From contig JBBTCJ010000007.1 in assembly GCA_038043285.1 (NCBI GenBank), positions 21,488 to 85,487 on the forward strand: 64,000 nucleotides of DNA. Reading direction: 5' to 3'. The position numbers were made by a program, and so were the translations under genes. This document shows, one piece after another, positions 43,387 to 52,064 of this stretch (positions are counted from its first letter, which is position 1; each line of letters starts with the position of its first letter). Source of the stretch: Planctomycetota bacterium. Its GTDB lineage: Bacteria; Planctomycetota; Phycisphaerae; UBA1845. Below the pieces are notes generated by a model. That model saw nothing but the letters and a program-made list of their open reading frames with translations. It was not told where the DNA came from and searched no databases.

Positions 43387-44259
43387 TCAACCGCCCTTCT
43401 TGAGTCGGATGCTCCCGTTGTGGGTTCGGACGGTCAGCGGATTGCCGCCCGCGCCGAGGGCTCCCTTGAGTGTGTTGCGGTCCGCGCTGCTGACCACCAC
43501 GGGGACGTCACTCTTGATTCCGCCGTTGTCGGTTTCGCAATGGATCGCGGCCGCGGCGGCCTCGCCGAACGCCAGCTCGACGCTGCCGTTGTGCGTCGAA
43601 ATCTTTCCCGTCAGCGGTCCGCACTTCCCCAGGTCCGCCTCAATCTCGCCGTTGTGACTGAGCACGGTGATTTCGGAACCCGCGTAGACCACCTCGACCT
43701 CGCCGTTGTGCGTCTCCGCAAACAGCGGCCCGCCGCCGGACTCGACGTTGATCTCGCCGTTGTGGGTGACGACCTTCACCTCGCCGACAACCTTCGACAC
43801 GTCGACTTCTCCGTTATGCGTCTCGACGTCCACGTTTATGTGGCTTGGACCGTCTATCGAGAAACGCACCTCCGCGCGCCAGGTCGGATTCTTCGGCGTC
43901 TTCCAGCGATGGGCGACGAGTTTGCGACCATCGGGCGTGGCGCCGACATAGACTTCCAAGGCTTCCAGCGCCGCCTCCGCGTCAGCAATGGTAAGCCCGC
44001 CTGCCCGCTTGACGGCCGTCACCGCGAACTGTGTCGCTCCCTCCGTCTTGCCCTGATAGCTCACTTCACCGTTGTGCGTCTCGACTCGCAACCCGACGAC
44101 GCCACCCGCGTCGATCGACAACTGTTCCGTCGACTCCCGCCAGACGCAAGGCGAGCATCCGATCCCCCAGCTTCCCCCAACGACAACGATGCAACCCGAC
44201 GTGGAGAGAGTGGACAGACTCGCCAGACTCAACACCCAAACACCCAAGGACCGCTTCAT
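43387..44259 (-). CDS. Lipoprotein with repeated DUF4097-type (putative adhesin) beta-helix units
   Basis: ATG at 44259 with a GAGGAGG RBS. Lipobox LSTLSTSGC. There are at least seven THNGE(V/I)/THNGS repeats at regular spacing. Confidence 0.7.
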   Translation of the reverse strand: MKRSLGVWVLSLASLSTLSTSGCIVVVGGSWGIGCSPCVWRESTEQLSIDAGGVVGLRVETHNGEVSYQGKTEGATQFAVTAVKRAGGLTIADAEAALEALEVYVGATPDGRKLVAHRWKTPKNPTWRAEVRFSIDGPSHINVDVETHNGEVDVSKVVGEVKVVTHNGEINVESGGGPLFAETHNGEVEVVYAGSEITVLSHNGEIEADLGKCGPLTGKISTHNGSVELAFGEAAAAAIHCETDNGGIKSDVPVVVSSADRNTLKGALGAGGNPLTVRTHNGSIRLKKGG

Positions 44260-44488
44260 GGCGATGACCTCCTCATTCAGACAACCGCTCACCCGTCACC
44301 CGATGCACGGGACCAACTCCTGGACCGGTGATTCGTACCGAAGTTAGCATTATTCACGGGGTGCGTCGGCGGCGAATTACCGTTTCTTACACCCTCTCTG
44401 TATGACGTGGGGCACGGGCCATCGCCCGGTGGAAAAACCGCTGTACTGTTGTGCCCTTTGCCGTCTTCTTAGTGCGTTCTTGCTTCGT

Positions 44489-44516
44489 GTGTAGCGTCGC
44501 CCTTCATGGGCGGCGC
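44489..44516. repeat. REP-type hairpin, family 1, copy 2
   Basis: GTGTAGCGTCGCCCTTCATGGGCGGCGC lies 69 nt downstream of the permease stop. Confidence 0.8.
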
Positions 44517-44584
44517 GTTCATGGATAACGTCAGGGCTTCTCCTGCGCAATCCCGCTTCGGCGATCTTGCCGCCCGCGCCGGCC

Positions 44585-45790
44585 TCAAGCCGACCCTTCG
44601 CCTCGACGGCGACGCAAAAGAACCAGGAAAATCGGCACGCCCACCAGCGCTGTAACCACGCCGATCGGCAGGGTGGCGCTGCCCAGCTCCTTGCCCATGA
44701 TCGCTCCCGCCCCACGCATCGCCAGTTGCGACGCCCAGTCGCAGATCACCAGAAACGCACCGCCGACCAAAGCCGACGTCGGCAGCCAGATCCGGCAGTC
44801 GGTCCCCACCAGCAACGCCGTCAGGTGCGGAACCACCAGCCCTACGAACCCGATCGGCCCGCAATGCGCAACCACCGCTGCCGTCGCCAGGCTGCACACC
44901 GCGATGCACACCGCTTGCAGGCCGCCCACGTTCAGGCCCCGCGACGCCGCCAGCTCTTCGCCCAGGCGGTACTGGTTAAGCGAACGGGCGCCAAGCACCA
45001 GGGCGATCCACGCCGGGAGCATCATCGGAAGCAGCGTCGCTCCCTCGACCGGCCGCACCGGGTCCAGACTGCCCATCATCCATCGGACGATGAAGAACGT
45101 CTCCCGCTCGTTCGAGACCGCCGTCACGAACATCATCATCGCCGAGCAGAACAATCCGAGCGTGACGCCCGCCAGCAGCAGTTCGTTCGACGTCAGCCGT
45201 CGCCCGCTCCACGCGATCACCACCACGAGGAACACCACCAGAACCGCGCCGCCAAACGATGCCGCCGCGACCGCCGACACGCCCGCGACAACCGCCGACC
45301 ATCCCAGGCGGTACGCGATCAACGCACCCAACGCCCCGCCGCTGGAAATCCCCAACGTGTACGGCGTCGCCAGAGGATTGCGAAAGAGCACCTGGAAGGC
45401 CGCTCCGCACAACGCCAACGTGATCCCGACCTGCATCGCCAGCAGCGACCGCGCAAACCGCTGGTCGAAACCGATGCTGCTCGCCACGCGAACAAAGCCC
45501 TCAAGCTCCTCGTCCGATATTGAGCCGTCGCCGTCGAGATCGACCAACGGACGACCCACAAGCTCCGCAGGTGCAATCCTCGCTCCCCAACGCGCCCGCC
45601 AGGCGTCCCACCAGCCGAACGACGCCGACTCCGTACCGATGCCCGGACTCATCAACAGGAGCGCCAGAAGCCCGATACCCGCCGCGGCCAGACGCCGACC
45701 GTACGCCCCGGGCGTCATGGTCCTGGCCATCATCGTAGCCATCGCGGTGTCCGCGCCGCCGGGGATGGGTTTCACGTTCCCGGCCCTCAT
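44585..45790 (-). CDS. FecCD/BtuC-family ABC importer permease with an inserted EF-hand-like loop
   Basis: The ATG at 45790 overlaps the ATPase stop (ATGA). Contains LALCGAAFQVLFRNPLATPYTLGISSGGALG and the rest of the 10-TM FecCD layout. An insertion DLDGDGSISDEE lies between TM1 and TM2. Confidence 0.85.
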   Translation of the reverse strand: MRAGNVKPIPGGADTAMATMMARTMTPGAYGRRLAAAGIGLLALLLMSPGIGTESASFGWWDAWRARWGARIAPAELVGRPLVDLDGDGSISDEELEGFVRVASSIGFDQRFARSLLAMQVGITLALCGAAFQVLFRNPLATPYTLGISSGGALGALIAYRLGWSAVVAGVSAVAAASFGGAVLVVFLVVVIAWSGRRLTSNELLLAGVTLGLFCSAMMMFVTAVSNERETFFIVRWMMGSLDPVRPVEGATLLPMMLPAWIALVLGARSLNQYRLGEELAASRGLNVGGLQAVCIAVCSLATAAVVAHCGPIGFVGLVVPHLTALLVGTDCRIWLPTSALVGGAFLVICDWASQLAMRGAGAIMGKELGSATLPIGVVTALVGVPIFLVLLRRRRGEGSA

Positions 45791-46584
45791 GATCCGCTGT
45801 CCAAAACAGGCACCACCCACTGCCGACCCGGCTGCCGCGCCGACCCCGCAAGCGCCAGCGGCACCCCGTACACCGCGTCGAGGATTCTCGGCGTCATCAC
45901 TTCCGACGGCGGACCGGCCGCCACGCACTTGCCTTCGTGCAGGATCAACACCTTCGGGCAGAACTGGGAGGCCAGGTTCAGGTCGTGCGTAACCACCACC
46001 ACCGAAAGTCCGGACTCCGCGGCCGCTCGTCGCAGCAACGAAAAGACGCCGACCTGATGGCGGAGGTCCAGCGACGCCGTCGGTTCATCCAGCAGGAGGA
46101 TATCCGGCTCCTGGGCGAGAGCGGCTGCGAGGTGAACCCGCTGCGCTTCCCCGCCCGACAACGTCCCGATCCGGCGCTCCGCGAACTCGATCGTCTCCGT
46201 CGAATGCATCGCGGCCTGGGCGATCCGCACGTCGTCCGCCGACTCGAACAGCCCGAGCGTTCGATGCGGAAACCGCCCCATCAGCACGATCTCCATCACC
46301 GACGCCTCGAGGTCCGCCGGGGCGCGCTGGGGAAGAAAGGCGATGCGCCGGGCACGCGCTCGCCGCGGGATGGAATCAAGACCCTGGCCGTCCAACTCGA
46401 CCCGCCCTTCCTGGCAACGGTGAAGTCCGGCCAGAAGCCGCAGGAGCGTGCTCTTTCCCGCCCCGTTGGGTCCAACGATTCCCCAGAACTCGCCGCGACC
46501 AATGGAAAGCGAGATCGGGCCAAGGAACCGTGGCCGAGACGGAAAACCGTAGAAGACGTTCGCGCACCGAAGCACGCCGATCAT
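45787..46584 (-). CDS. ABC importer ATPase (FecE/BtuD-like)
   Basis: ATG at 46584. Contains GPNGAGKSTLLRLLAG, LSGGEAQRV and ILLLDEPTASLD. Confidence 0.88.
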   Translation of the reverse strand: MIGVLRCANVFYGFPSRPRFLGPISLSIGRGEFWGIVGPNGAGKSTLLRLLAGLHRCQEGRVELDGQGLDSIPRRARARRIAFLPQRAPADLEASVMEIVLMGRFPHRTLGLFESADDVRIAQAAMHSTETIEFAERRIGTLSGGEAQRVHLAAALAQEPDILLLDEPTASLDLRHQVGVFSLLRRAAAESGLSVVVVTHDLNLASQFCPKVLILHEGKCVAAGPPSEVMTPRILDAVYGVPLALAGSARQPGRQWVVPVLDSGS

Positions 46585-46611
46585 CTTAACCACGACCGCG
46601 CGGGGAGCGAA

Positions 46612-47031
46612 CCGATGGCCGATGGCCAATTCCCGATGGCTGACTGCTGATGGCCGATTGCCAATTGTCGATTGCCGATTGCCGATTACTTCCGCACCGC
46701 GTCTCGGGCGAATTGATCGCCGTCTCGATCCGTACCGCGACCGTGACGTGGGCCTTGCCGTTTCAATCGGAACCGCGACAGCATGGAGCGGTCGGCTTCT
46801 TATTGCGCGCTGCGACCACTCAGGAACCAAGGGATAGCCGACTGCCGATTACTTCCGCACCGCGTCTCGGGTGAATTGTCCGCCGTCTCGATCCGTACCG
46901 CGACCGTGAGAGGCTGTCACTTCCATCAGTACGGTGACCGTAACATGGCCCTTGCCGTCTCGATCAGTACCGCGACAGCATGGAGCGGACCGGGGCTGAC
47001 CGCTCGTGATCACTCGCGGTTCCGAGAACAC
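46612..47031. repeat. Composite intergenic repeat block (family 2), including a duplicated unit of about 66 nt
   Basis: GCCGATTACTTCCGCACCGCGTCTCGGG(C/T)GAATTG(A/T)(T/C)CGCCGTCTCGATCCGTACCGCGACCGTGA occurs at 46681-46746 and 46843-46908 (3 mismatches). Each copy is followed by a ..CCGCGACAGCATGGAGCGG.. module. It is preceded by (GCCGATT/GGCCAATT)n-like short repeats. Confidence 0.85.
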
Positions 47032-47132
47032 GCCCCAGCCCCGCCTAAGCTTTCACGGACCACTGGGAACGCCCCGCGCTTCTTAACCACGCCATTGCTC
47101 GCCGCCCCGCTTTCGCGCACAATACGCCTTGG

Positions 47133-48038
47133 ATGCAAGTGCACAAAACCAGTCCGCAGAGCATGGGCGTGTTCCCCTCGGCCCCGCGATCTACGCGGCT
47201 GCGGGAACTGATCTCGTCGGGCGTCGTCATGATGCCCGGCGCCTTCAACGCCCTCAGCGCCCGCATGATCGAGCACGAAGGGTTTTCCGCGATGTATCTT
47301 TCCGGCGCGGTGCTCGCCAACTCCGTCGGCGGCGTGCCCGACGTCGGACTGATGACCTTGACCGAGGCGAGAGATCATGCCGACCACGTCGCCCGCTCCA
47401 CCTCGCTTCCGATTCTGATGGACGCCGACACCGGCTATGGCGGTATCGAAAACGCATCGCGAACCGTCCGCGTGCTCGAGTCCATCGGAGTCAGCGGCAT
47501 CCACCTCGAAGACCAGGAGTTCCCCAAGCGCTGCGGACACCTCGAGGGCAAGCGCCTCGTGCCCTGCGACGAGTTCTGCGAAAAGATCGCCGCAGCCGCC
47601 GCGGCCAAGAGGTCGAAGGACTTCCTTCTCATGGCGCGAACCGATGCCCGCGGCGTCGAAGGATACGACCAGGCCGTCCGACGAGCGGAGGCCTACCTTC
47701 GCGCCGGTGCCGACGGAATCTTCCCCGAAGCCCTTGAATCCCGTGAGGAGTTCGCGCGGTTTGCGAAGGACGTGCCCACGATCCTGCTCGCCAACATGAC
47801 CGAATTCGGCAGGACGCCGCTGACTACCGCCGACGAGTTCGCCGAGCTTGGATACCGAATCGTGATCTTCCCCGTGACCTTGCAGCGGATAGCCATGAAG
47901 GCCGTCCAGGATGCGTTGCGGATGCTGTCCAGGGAGCGGACGCAGCGTTCGCTGATGGAAAAAATGCAGACGCGGAGCGAGCTTTACGACCTGATTGGCT
48001 ATCAGGCCGACGCCCCGCCGGCCGTGCCCCAAGCCTAG
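47133..48038 (+). CDS. prpB: 2-methylisocitrate lyase (isocitrate lyase/PEP mutase family)
   Basis: Colinear with E. coli PrpB throughout. Shared segments include PILMDADTGYG, GIHLEDQEFPKRCGH, LMARTDA, LANMTEFGRTPL, and QTRSELYDLIGY (E. coli: QTRNELYESINY). Confidence 0.88.
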   Translation: MQVHKTSPQSMGVFPSAPRSTRLRELISSGVVMMPGAFNALSARMIEHEGFSAMYLSGAVLANSVGGVPDVGLMTLTEARDHADHVARSTSLPILMDADTGYGGIENASRTVRVLESIGVSGIHLEDQEFPKRCGHLEGKRLVPCDEFCEKIAAAAAAKRSKDFLLMARTDARGVEGYDQAVRRAEAYLRAGADGIFPEALESREEFARFAKDVPTILLANMTEFGRTPLTTADEFAELGYRIVIFPVTLQRIAMKAVQDALRMLSRERTQRSLMEKMQTRSELYDLIGYQADAPPAVPQA

Positions 48039-48060
48039 GCAAAAGGGGACGGTCTTTTTC

Positions 48061-48089
48061 GTGTAGCGTCGTAGTTTATCCGCGGCGCA
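48061..48089. repeat. REP-type hairpin, family 1, degenerate copy
   Basis: GTGTAGCGTCGTAGTTTATCCGCGGCGCA shares the 5' GTGTAGCGTCG and 3' GCGGCGC with the other copies. It lies 23 nt after the prpB stop. Confidence 0.55.
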
Positions 48090-48178
48090 CTGTCCTGCCT
48101 TTGAGAACTCGTGCCGCCCACAAGGGGCGACGCGGCAACCGGGCGGGACGCGCTCTTACCACCCCAGGAGGAAGACAT

Positions 48179-49294
48179 ATGGAGGCTCCCAAGCCCGGAC
48201 TGGAAGGCGTCGTCGTCGGCGACACCGCCATTTGCTGCGTCGATCAGGGAAAACTTCTCTACCGGGGATACCCCATCAGCGAACTCGCCGAGAAGTGCGT
48301 CTTCGGCGAGGTGGCCTACCTGCTGCTCTGGGGTGAGCTGCCCACCCAGGCCCAGCACAACCACCTGCGAACCATGCTCGAGGAGTACCACGGGCTGCGC
48401 TCCGAAGTCGTCGAGACCATCCGCAAGATTCCCCCGGGCGTGGCCATGATGTCCGTCCTGCGAACCTGCATCTCGATGGCCAGCCACTTCGACCCCATCC
48501 CCGGACAATCGCTGGACGAACTTCGCCGCCGCGCCGTGTGGCTGTTGGCCATCGCCTCCGACGTCATCGCCGCGCGGTTTCGCCTGGTGCAGGGCAAGGA
48601 GCCGATCGCGCCCAAACACGGGCTGTCCCACGCGGCGCAGATGCTCTACATGATGCACGGAAAGGAGCCTGACGAACTCTCCGTGCGCATCCTCGACCTC
48701 ACGCTGACCCTCTACGCCGAGCACGACTTCAACGCCAGCACCTTCACCAGCCGGGTCGTCGCCTCCACCGCGTCCGACATGACTTCCTGCATCGTCAGCG
48801 CCATCGGGGCGCTGAAGGGTCCGCTGCATGGAGGGGCCAATGAGGAAGCGATCAAGCTGATCCTCCATTTCAAGAACGCCGCCGAAGCCTCCGCGTGGGT
48901 CAAGGACGCCATCGCCCGAAAAGAGAAGGTCATGGGCTTCGGGCATCGCGTCTACAAACACGGCGACCATCGCGCCACCATCCTCGAAAACGAAATGCGC
49001 AAACTCGCGGCCCTCAAGGGTCGTCAGGACATGGTCGCGGTCTACGACGCCATCAAGAACCCGCTGGTCACCAAGGAGAATCCGATCTACCCCAACGTGG
49101 ATTATCCCTGCGGCGTGGTTTATTACCTGATGGGTCTGCCGCCGGAGATGTACACCCCGCTGTTTGCGTGCAGCCGGATCTCCGGTTGGTGCGCGCACTA
49201 CATCGAGCAAAACCAGAACAACCGCATCTACCGCCCGCTCAGCCGATACACCGGCCCGGCGCTGCGATCCGTCGTGCCGATCGAGAAACGATGA
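48179..49294 (+). CDS. prpC: Citrate synthase family, probably 2-methylcitrate synthase
   Basis: ATG at 48179 with an AGGAGGAAG RBS. Contains GFGHRVYKHGDHRA, LHGGANE and the catalytic His/Asp context. The prpC assignment comes from the adjacency to prpB. Confidence 0.8.
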   Translation: MEAPKPGLEGVVVGDTAICCVDQGKLLYRGYPISELAEKCVFGEVAYLLLWGELPTQAQHNHLRTMLEEYHGLRSEVVETIRKIPPGVAMMSVLRTCISMASHFDPIPGQSLDELRRRAVWLLAIASDVIAARFRLVQGKEPIAPKHGLSHAAQMLYMMHGKEPDELSVRILDLTLTLYAEHDFNASTFTSRVVASTASDMTSCIVSAIGALKGPLHGGANEEAIKLILHFKNAAEASAWVKDAIARKEKVMGFGHRVYKHGDHRATILENEMRKLAALKGRQDMVAVYDAIKNPLVTKENPIYPNVDYPCGVVYYLMGLPPEMYTPLFACSRISGWCAHYIEQNQNNRIYRPLSRYTGPALRSVVPIEKR

Positions 49295-49510
49295 GCCGAT
49301 GCGGATCCGGTACAGTAGCCTCGCTGGCATTCGGGCGCCACGGGCAGCTTGTCCGCCCGTACGAACCGTGGCGGCAAGACATCAGTGCTACCCTTGCGAC
49401 GCATACGCGGCCACAGGCATTCGACAGGGTCAGTCGCCGTTCAAAGCAAGGCGAAGAATCTTCACGCGAATGGACTTCTTGCGGAGTGGCCCAAGTACCG
49501 CCCGGAGTGG

Positions 49511-51178
49511 CTATACGGTGAGCGCCGACGCCAAAGACGGCGACAGAACTTCGCGCAGCTTGGCGAAGGCCCGTTGCTCGATCTGCCGCACGCGCTCCTT
49601 GGTCACTCCGAAGCGCTTACCGAGTTGCTCCAGCGTCAGCGGCTGGGGTCCGCCGCACAGGCCGAAATGGTTGCTCACGATGTCCCGCTCGCGGTCTTCG
49701 AGCCGTTGCAGGCCCGCTTCGATCAACTCGCGAACGCGCTGACGGTCCGACGCGCTGGCCTCCGCGGGACGTTCGTCGGCCTGGGTCTCGAACACCGCTT
49801 CCTGACCGGTGACGTACTTGGCCGAGTGGTAGTGCTGCTCCGGAACCGTGCGGGCGTAGTTTTTCATGATCGCCCACGTGGCGTAGGTGCTGAACTTGTT
49901 GCCCCGGGCGTAGTCGAACTTCTCCACCGCCCGCATCAACGACATGTTGCCGTCGCTGACCACCTCGAAGAAGTTCGCGGACCAGCCGACGTGCTTCTTG
50001 GCGATGCTGACCACCAGCCGAAGGTTCGCTCGAATGATGCGCTGCCGTAGCGTTTCCACCTGACCCATCAAGGCGCGGACTTCCTCGAACTGCTGCAACG
50101 TCGCGTTGGCGGGTTCGATCGACTTCAGCAGTCGGCCGGCCTTGAACTTGGTATAGTTGTATCGTCGGAACAAGTCCTGCTCCTGCGCCGCGGTCAGAAG
50201 TGGAGTCAGGTACAGCGATTTCAAATACGGCGGAAGATCCGCCGGCGCTTTCGGCGGCGCATCCGGTGAGCCGCACGGCTCAGGAATCCGCAGGATCAAC
50301 GCATCCGCTTCCGGTGCGTCAAAGAGTTCGTTGGGCACCCAGTCGATGGCCGGCTGCGACCAGCGCTGCAACTGCACCGTGCGAAGGATGGACTCAATTT
50401 CCGCCGTGGGACAGGAAAACGCCGCCGCAATCGTCTCGATCGACTCGCCGTCCTGCCTGGCCGACCAGATGGCTTCGAACCGCTCGCACCAGCCGGCTGC
50501 CCGGCGCTCGCCGAACAACGCCGCCGCGCGGTGCGCCTGATCATGTCGTCGCAACGTATACCGGATGGTCTCGACGGCCCGGCCTGTTTCTTGAGCGATC
50601 AATCTAGCCACCGCGTGCAGTTTGATCGGCTGCGAGGTGACCAGTTCGCGGGCCCGCTCGATGATGCGGCGGCGCTCGGCCGCGGAAAGTTGTTTGAAGG
50701 CCGCGCCGCGCTCCACCAGCGATCGGTGCTTGTTGACGAAGCCATCCACCGAGCTTCGTCGGAACGCCAACCTGTTCACCCCGTCCTGATACACAAGCCG
50801 CAATCCCACCAGGCCGTGACCTCGCCAACGACGGACGGTTTTGGTGCTGACCTTCAGCTCCGCGGCGAGTTCCAGGTGGCTGAGGACGGGTTCGCCCGCC
50901 TCGGCCACGGTCAGCGCCGCCTGGCGACTCAGGCTCTCGGCCATCGTGGCCAGGTCGCCCATGAGCGCCTTACCCGGGATCGAGGCGTCGGCGTGCCGGC
51001 CGCGCTTGCGGTACTTGGTGATGTGGTAGCAGACGAACTCGTAGGGGTAGGCCCGTTCGGTTTCGATCATGCCGAGCAGCTTGTCGATCCCCCGAAGCTG
51101 CTCCATCCGCAAGCGGCGCGGCGACAGCGTCAACTGGTGCGCCAAGTCCGCGAGATCTCTATTAAAAAACTTCGGCAT
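49511..51178 (-). CDS. Sigma-70 family RNA polymerase sigma factor with a roughly 300-aa N-terminal extension
   Basis: Region 2 is RANLRLVVSIAKKH..SDGNMSLMRAVEKFDYARGNKFSTYATWAIMKNYAR. Region 4 is LTLEQLGKRFGVTKERVRQIEQRAFAKLRE. The N-terminal part contains an extra HTH-like segment LKVSTKTVRRWRGHGLVG. ATG at 51178. Confidence 0.85.
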   Translation of the reverse strand: MPKFFNRDLADLAHQLTLSPRRLRMEQLRGIDKLLGMIETERAYPYEFVCYHITKYRKRGRHADASIPGKALMGDLATMAESLSRQAALTVAEAGEPVLSHLELAAELKVSTKTVRRWRGHGLVGLRLVYQDGVNRLAFRRSSVDGFVNKHRSLVERGAAFKQLSAAERRRIIERARELVTSQPIKLHAVARLIAQETGRAVETIRYTLRRHDQAHRAAALFGERRAAGWCERFEAIWSARQDGESIETIAAAFSCPTAEIESILRTVQLQRWSQPAIDWVPNELFDAPEADALILRIPEPCGSPDAPPKAPADLPPYLKSLYLTPLLTAAQEQDLFRRYNYTKFKAGRLLKSIEPANATLQQFEEVRALMGQVETLRQRIIRANLRLVVSIAKKHVGWSANFFEVVSDGNMSLMRAVEKFDYARGNKFSTYATWAIMKNYARTVPEQHYHSAKYVTGQEAVFETQADERPAEASASDRQRVRELIEAGLQRLEDRERDIVSNHFGLCGGPQPLTLEQLGKRFGVTKERVRQIEQRAFAKLREVLSPSLASALTV

Positions 51179-51838
51179 TGATCGCTCTCGTGCGTCCGGC
51201 GAGCGAGCGCCCTCATCAGGACGATCGCAAGGGCCTTTTTTACGTTCACCCCGCAGGCATCTTCGGTCGCGGCGCGTCAGCCGCATGGGCGAGCTTGGCG
51301 CCGGGGTTTTCCGGCGCGGAAGGCTCTTCGTGGTAAGTCTTGTCCCGCCCACCTCAGGGCCAGTTAGCGGAACGCACCCAATTATCGCCACGCCAATCGG
51401 TCGGGTCAACCTGGGGAGGATGACTCGACGCATTCCGAAACATTTATGCAAGTTTCACTTGATAGTCGTCGCCGGTGCGTAGCCCGCTGCTTGGTCGTGG
51501 ACCGGGTCAGCGAGGGAGTCCGCGTCGTTTCCGACGTCGGCAACTGTCGAAAGGCCCCAGGCGAGCATGGCTGGCGCTTCGTTGCTGCTGCAATGACCGT
51601 GGCCGTTCCGTGGGCTACGATGGATAAGGGGATTTTAAGGATGATCCGCTATTTCCGGTACACGGTACTTCTGACCTTCGGAGTTTTGGGTCCACATCGT
51701 GCCCGCGCGAGCGTGCGGCGAACTCTCCGACGCCGACCACGACGGTGACGTGGACCTGCACGACTTTTGCTTGCTGGAGCACGTCTTCGTCGGGCCGTGA
51801 GGGCGCTACTGAGAGAAAAGGCCGGCCGCTCCCTGACG

Positions 51839-52064
51839 GTCGCGGTACGGATCGAAACGGCGACCGCTCCATCCTGTCGCGGTGCGGATCGAAACGGCGA
51901 CCGCTCCATTCTGTCGCGGTACGGATCGAAACGGCGACCGCTCCATTCTGTCGCGGCTCTGATCGAAACGGCACCGTTGCGTCACAGAGACCGTGCGCAT
52001 GTCAACAGTAATCGACAATTGGCATTCGGGATTGGGCAATCGACAATCGTGAATCGAGAATCGG
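51839..52064. repeat. 37-nt tandem repeat (3.7 copies, 51839-51976) plus a (AATCGACAATTGG)-type tail; reverse-complement relative of the 46.6-47.0 kb block
   Basis: The units GTCGCGGT(A/G)CGGATCGAAACGGCGACCGCTCCAT(C/T)CT start at 51839, 51876 and 51913, with a partial unit at 51950. The tail at 52009-52064 is the reverse complement of the GCCGATTGCCAATTGTCGATTGCC-type motif at 46652-46686. Confidence 0.9.

Noticed and set aside
47010-49330. Minus-strand ORFs of 340 aa and 431 aa
   Set aside because: They lie antisense to prpB and the citrate synthase gene, both of which align convincingly to known enzymes. These are GC-artefact ORFs.
51699-51800. Short frame encoding ..CGELSDADHDGDVDLHDFCLLEHVFVGP*, a dockerin/EF-hand-like C-terminal tail
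   Set aside because: It spans only about 33 codons between stops, with no convincing start or upstream domain. It is probably a relic of a decayed secreted-protein gene. I am noting it but it is not supportable as a feature.
51839-51976. Possible CRISPR array (regular 37-nt periodicity)
   Set aside because: The units are directly abutting with no unique spacers, and there are no cas genes in the window. The same modules occur dispersed elsewhere, so this is a tandem REP-like array and not CRISPR.
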